This document shows positions 30,340 through 32,000 of a stretch of DNA of 32,000 bases, piece by piece. This stretch comes from Cylindrospermopsis raciborskii Cr2010. Lineage in GTDB: Bacteria > Cyanobacteriota > Cyanobacteriia > Cyanobacteriales > Nostocaceae. The notes beneath the pieces were generated by a model. The model saw nothing but the letters and a program-made list of their open reading frames with translations, was not told where the DNA came from and did no database searches. The stretch spans positions 1,950,001 through 1,982,000 of the forward strand of contig NZ_CP065936.1 in assembly GCF_003367075.2 (NCBI RefSeq), written 5' to 3'. The number at the start of each line of letters is the position of its first letter. Positions within the stretch are counted from its first letter, which is position 1. A program made the translations under genes and the position numbers.

Positions 30340-31478
30340 GACATCTCCGGAAATAGCCAAAGCGTTACCAATACTACTTTTTAAGGTGAGACACCCCAAT
30401 ACAAAAGTAGCTAGCTGGTATGTTAAAATAAGCGTTAGAGATGCCTCTTGTTGGGAATTAACCAAAAGATAACACCTATCTGAGATAATTTATTTTTAGC
30501 CAAGTCCAAATCTTGATAACTAAAATAAGTAGGTTCCCATTCGGAAACGAACAAGTCCACAAATAGTCATGATTACCTGTTCATACTTACTTGAATTTAA
30601 TCGAAATCTTTCTTGTGCCACTCTGAATATTTTCACTACACGAATTAAATGTTCAACAAAAATTCGTTCGGAAGCTAACTCTTTATTTTTTTCTTTTTGT
30701 TCAGACGTTAATTCTTGGTTTTTAGGTTTTTTTGTCGGAGTTTTCATTAACTCCTCTCCTTGATAAGCTTTATCACCACTAAATTTTTGTTTTTTATCAA
30801 ATATATTTCTGGTTTCACGGAATAAATTTACATCACTTTTTGGACCAGGTTTACCCGCTACTACATCAACAATATCTTTACCATTTGGTAAAACGATTAG
30901 TTGACTTTTTCTAGTATGACAGGCTTTTTTACCTGAATAATATTTTTTTTGTTCTTGGTACTCTCCAGGTCTGTCTATAGGCTGTTCATAGCTATCCACT
31001 ATTAACTCAAATTCTGTTAATATTTCTTTAACGACTTCGTAATCACTGGAGTTTTTTTTTACCTGTTCTAGCAAACTTGGTGGCAATAATTCTCCTATTA
31101 TTGGCAACCAATAGTTAAAGATATCATTTGCAGTTGTTTCACTTACTCCAAATTGAATACCTAGTAGCTGAAATGTTGTTAACTGCCGTAAATATGTTAA
31201 TGTTAAGATTATTTGCTCCGACGGTGATAATTTGGGTTTGCGCCCTCCACCGCCTTGAATAATTCGGGTTTTTTTTGATTCAACCAATTGTTGTTTCTGA
31301 TGATGCAGTTTTATGGCTTTTTCCAAAAGTTGCTGTAACTGCTCATACTTCAGACCCAATAAACGGTGTGATTCGTGAGGATTATTCTGGATATATTCAG
31401 ATATGTTGCTCATAATAAGTTGCCAAAAATACCATTTCATATTATTTTATCACACTTTGATTCTTTTTCGGAGATGTC
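30340..31478 (-). mobile_element. IS5-like insertion sequence with imperfect ~26-bp terminal inverted repeats and TA target duplication
   Basis: Left end (TA)GACATCTCCGGAAATAGCCAAAGCG; right end, reverse complement, (TA)GACATCTCCGAAAAAGAATCAAAGTG. Contains the transposase ORF. Confidence 0.85.
30520..31440 (-). CDS. IS5-like transposase (DDE_Tnp_4 type; start probably MSNISEYIQ at 31413)
   Basis: HTH region SPSEQIILTLTYLRQLTTFQLLGIQFGVSETTANDIF. DDE-type segments LIVDSYEQPI..., KACHTRKSQLIVLPNGKDIVDVVAGKPGPKSDVNLFRE, FSGDKAYQGE..., and C-terminal ERIFVEHLIRVVKIFRVAQERFR. Confidence 0.9.
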   Translation of the reverse strand: MKWYFWQLIMSNISEYIQNNPHESHRLLGLKYEQLQQLLEKAIKLHHQKQQLVESKKTRIIQGGGGRKPKLSPSEQIILTLTYLRQLTTFQLLGIQFGVSETTANDIFNYWLPIIGELLPPSLLEQVKKNSSDYEVVKEILTEFELIVDSYEQPIDRPGEYQEQKKYYSGKKACHTRKSQLIVLPNGKDIVDVVAGKPGPKSDVNLFRETRNIFDKKQKFSGDKAYQGEELMKTPTKKPKNQELTSEQKEKNKELASERIFVEHLIRVVKIFRVAQERFRLNSSKYEQVIMTICGLVRFRMGTYLF

Positions 31479-31608
31479 TATTTAGACCGTCGAAATACTC
31501 CCATTGTAAAAACCCTCTGGTTAAATTATATGTGAAACCGTCTATTTTATCAAAGATTTCTTTTATTTCTGGATTTAGCTGTAGTTCTGTATAATTACGA
31601 ATTACGAA
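31479..31608 (-). pseudogene. 5' surviving part of the IS-interrupted gene: ...RNYTELQLNPEIKEIFDKIDGFTYNLTRGFLQWEYFDGLN...
   Basis: Minus-strand open frame bounded upstream by an in-frame TAA (31609-31611) inside the 7-bp repeat, with no plausible start codon. This suggests the 5' end was lost. Confidence 0.65.
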
Positions 31609-31660
31609 TTACGAATTACGAATTACAAATTACGAATTACGAATTACGAATTACGAATTA
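31594..31660 (+). repeat. Short tandemly repeated repetitive sequence, 7-bp unit ATTACGA, 9 units plus partial
   Basis: (ATTACGA)4 ATTACAA (ATTACGA)4 ATTA, read directly. Confidence 0.97.
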
Positions 31661-31667
31661 TTTTATC

Positions 31668-31708
31668 CCATAAAATATATGAACAGCACCATGGGGGAGA
31701 TTCCCAAA
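31668..31708 (+). repeat. Microcopy C of the N-module sequence
   Basis: CCATAAAATATATGAACAGCACCATGGGGGAGATTCCCAAA. Its first part matches copy B (28290-28320) exactly, and it keeps copy A's single GAG rather than B's doubled GAG. Confidence 0.9.
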
Positions 31709-31718
31709 AATGATCAGT

Positions 31719-32000
31719 TTACAAACTCCCTAAAACCTCCAACCCCTCACCCCAATTCTCATTATACCGTAGAGTTAAAACTTGATAACTAGCATTGTAC
31801 CTGAGATTATCCCGCTCAATTTTATCTTGCTTTTTCTGCTCAGGACTATCATGAACTGAACCATCACAAAAGAGAGCGATCGCATCTTCCTTATACACAA
31901 AATCTGGTTTACAATTGGCTTCAGGAATAAATTCCTGTGCAGCATCAGGTAGTTTATACCCCCGTTGATAAATCTCCTGTAACACTACTCGTTCAAAATC
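31719..32000 (-). CDS. C-terminal end of a larger protein carrying a Vsr/DUF559-like (PD-(D/E)XK-type) nuclease-like segment; N-terminus beyond the window
   Basis: Frame stays open to the window edge (DFERV VLQEIYQRG...). KPDFVYKEDAIALFCDGSVHDSPEQKKQDKIERDNLRYNASYQVLTLRYNENW resembles the PDF...ia.F.DG..H pattern of such domains. Confidence 0.55.
   Translation of the reverse strand, partial: DFERVVLQEIYQRGYKLPDAAQEFIPEANCKPDFVYKEDAIALFCDGSVHDSPEQKKQDKIERDNLRYNASYQVLTLRYNENWGEGLEVLGSL

Noticed and set aside
31594-31660. Possible CRISPR array
   Set aside because: The 7-bp units are contiguous with no spacers, so this is a tandem repeat rather than CRISPR. No CRISPR-like spaced repeats were seen anywhere in the window.

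Overview
This is a 32 kb chromosomal window from a filamentous cyanobacterium, probably of the heterocyst lineage because it carries hetR. About 1-20,960 is mostly housekeeping. In order it holds nadA (partial, GTG start), a pterin carbinolamine dehydratase, moaA, rpsD, hetR, a coiled-coil/EamA fusion, a PiT phosphate transporter, a Zn-dependent dehydrogenase, leuA, a NYN-domain protein, a PlsY-like/PEP-synthase-like fusion, and a corrinoid block (cbiG-cobJ fusion, cobI, cobH, cobG). About 21,270-32,000 is accessory DNA. It starts with a tight co-directional cassette of three different P-loop GTPase-like proteins, followed by a 902-aa membrane-anchored partner. A truncated second copy of the partner's C-terminal module and an orphan 54-codon copy of its N-terminal module come next. 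I consider this the best candidate for an under-described (conflict/signalling-type) system. Beyond it lie a beta-type DNA methyltransferase convergent with a PRTase-like ORF, an IS5-like element, a 7-bp tandem repeat, a third microcopy of the GTPase-partner sequence, and the end of a nuclease-like ORF. In-silico excision of the IS, keeping one TA target duplication, restores an uninterrupted reading frame. That frame runs into the PRTase-like gene with an ATGA overlap. All family assignments come from motif recognition by eye; no database search was run.
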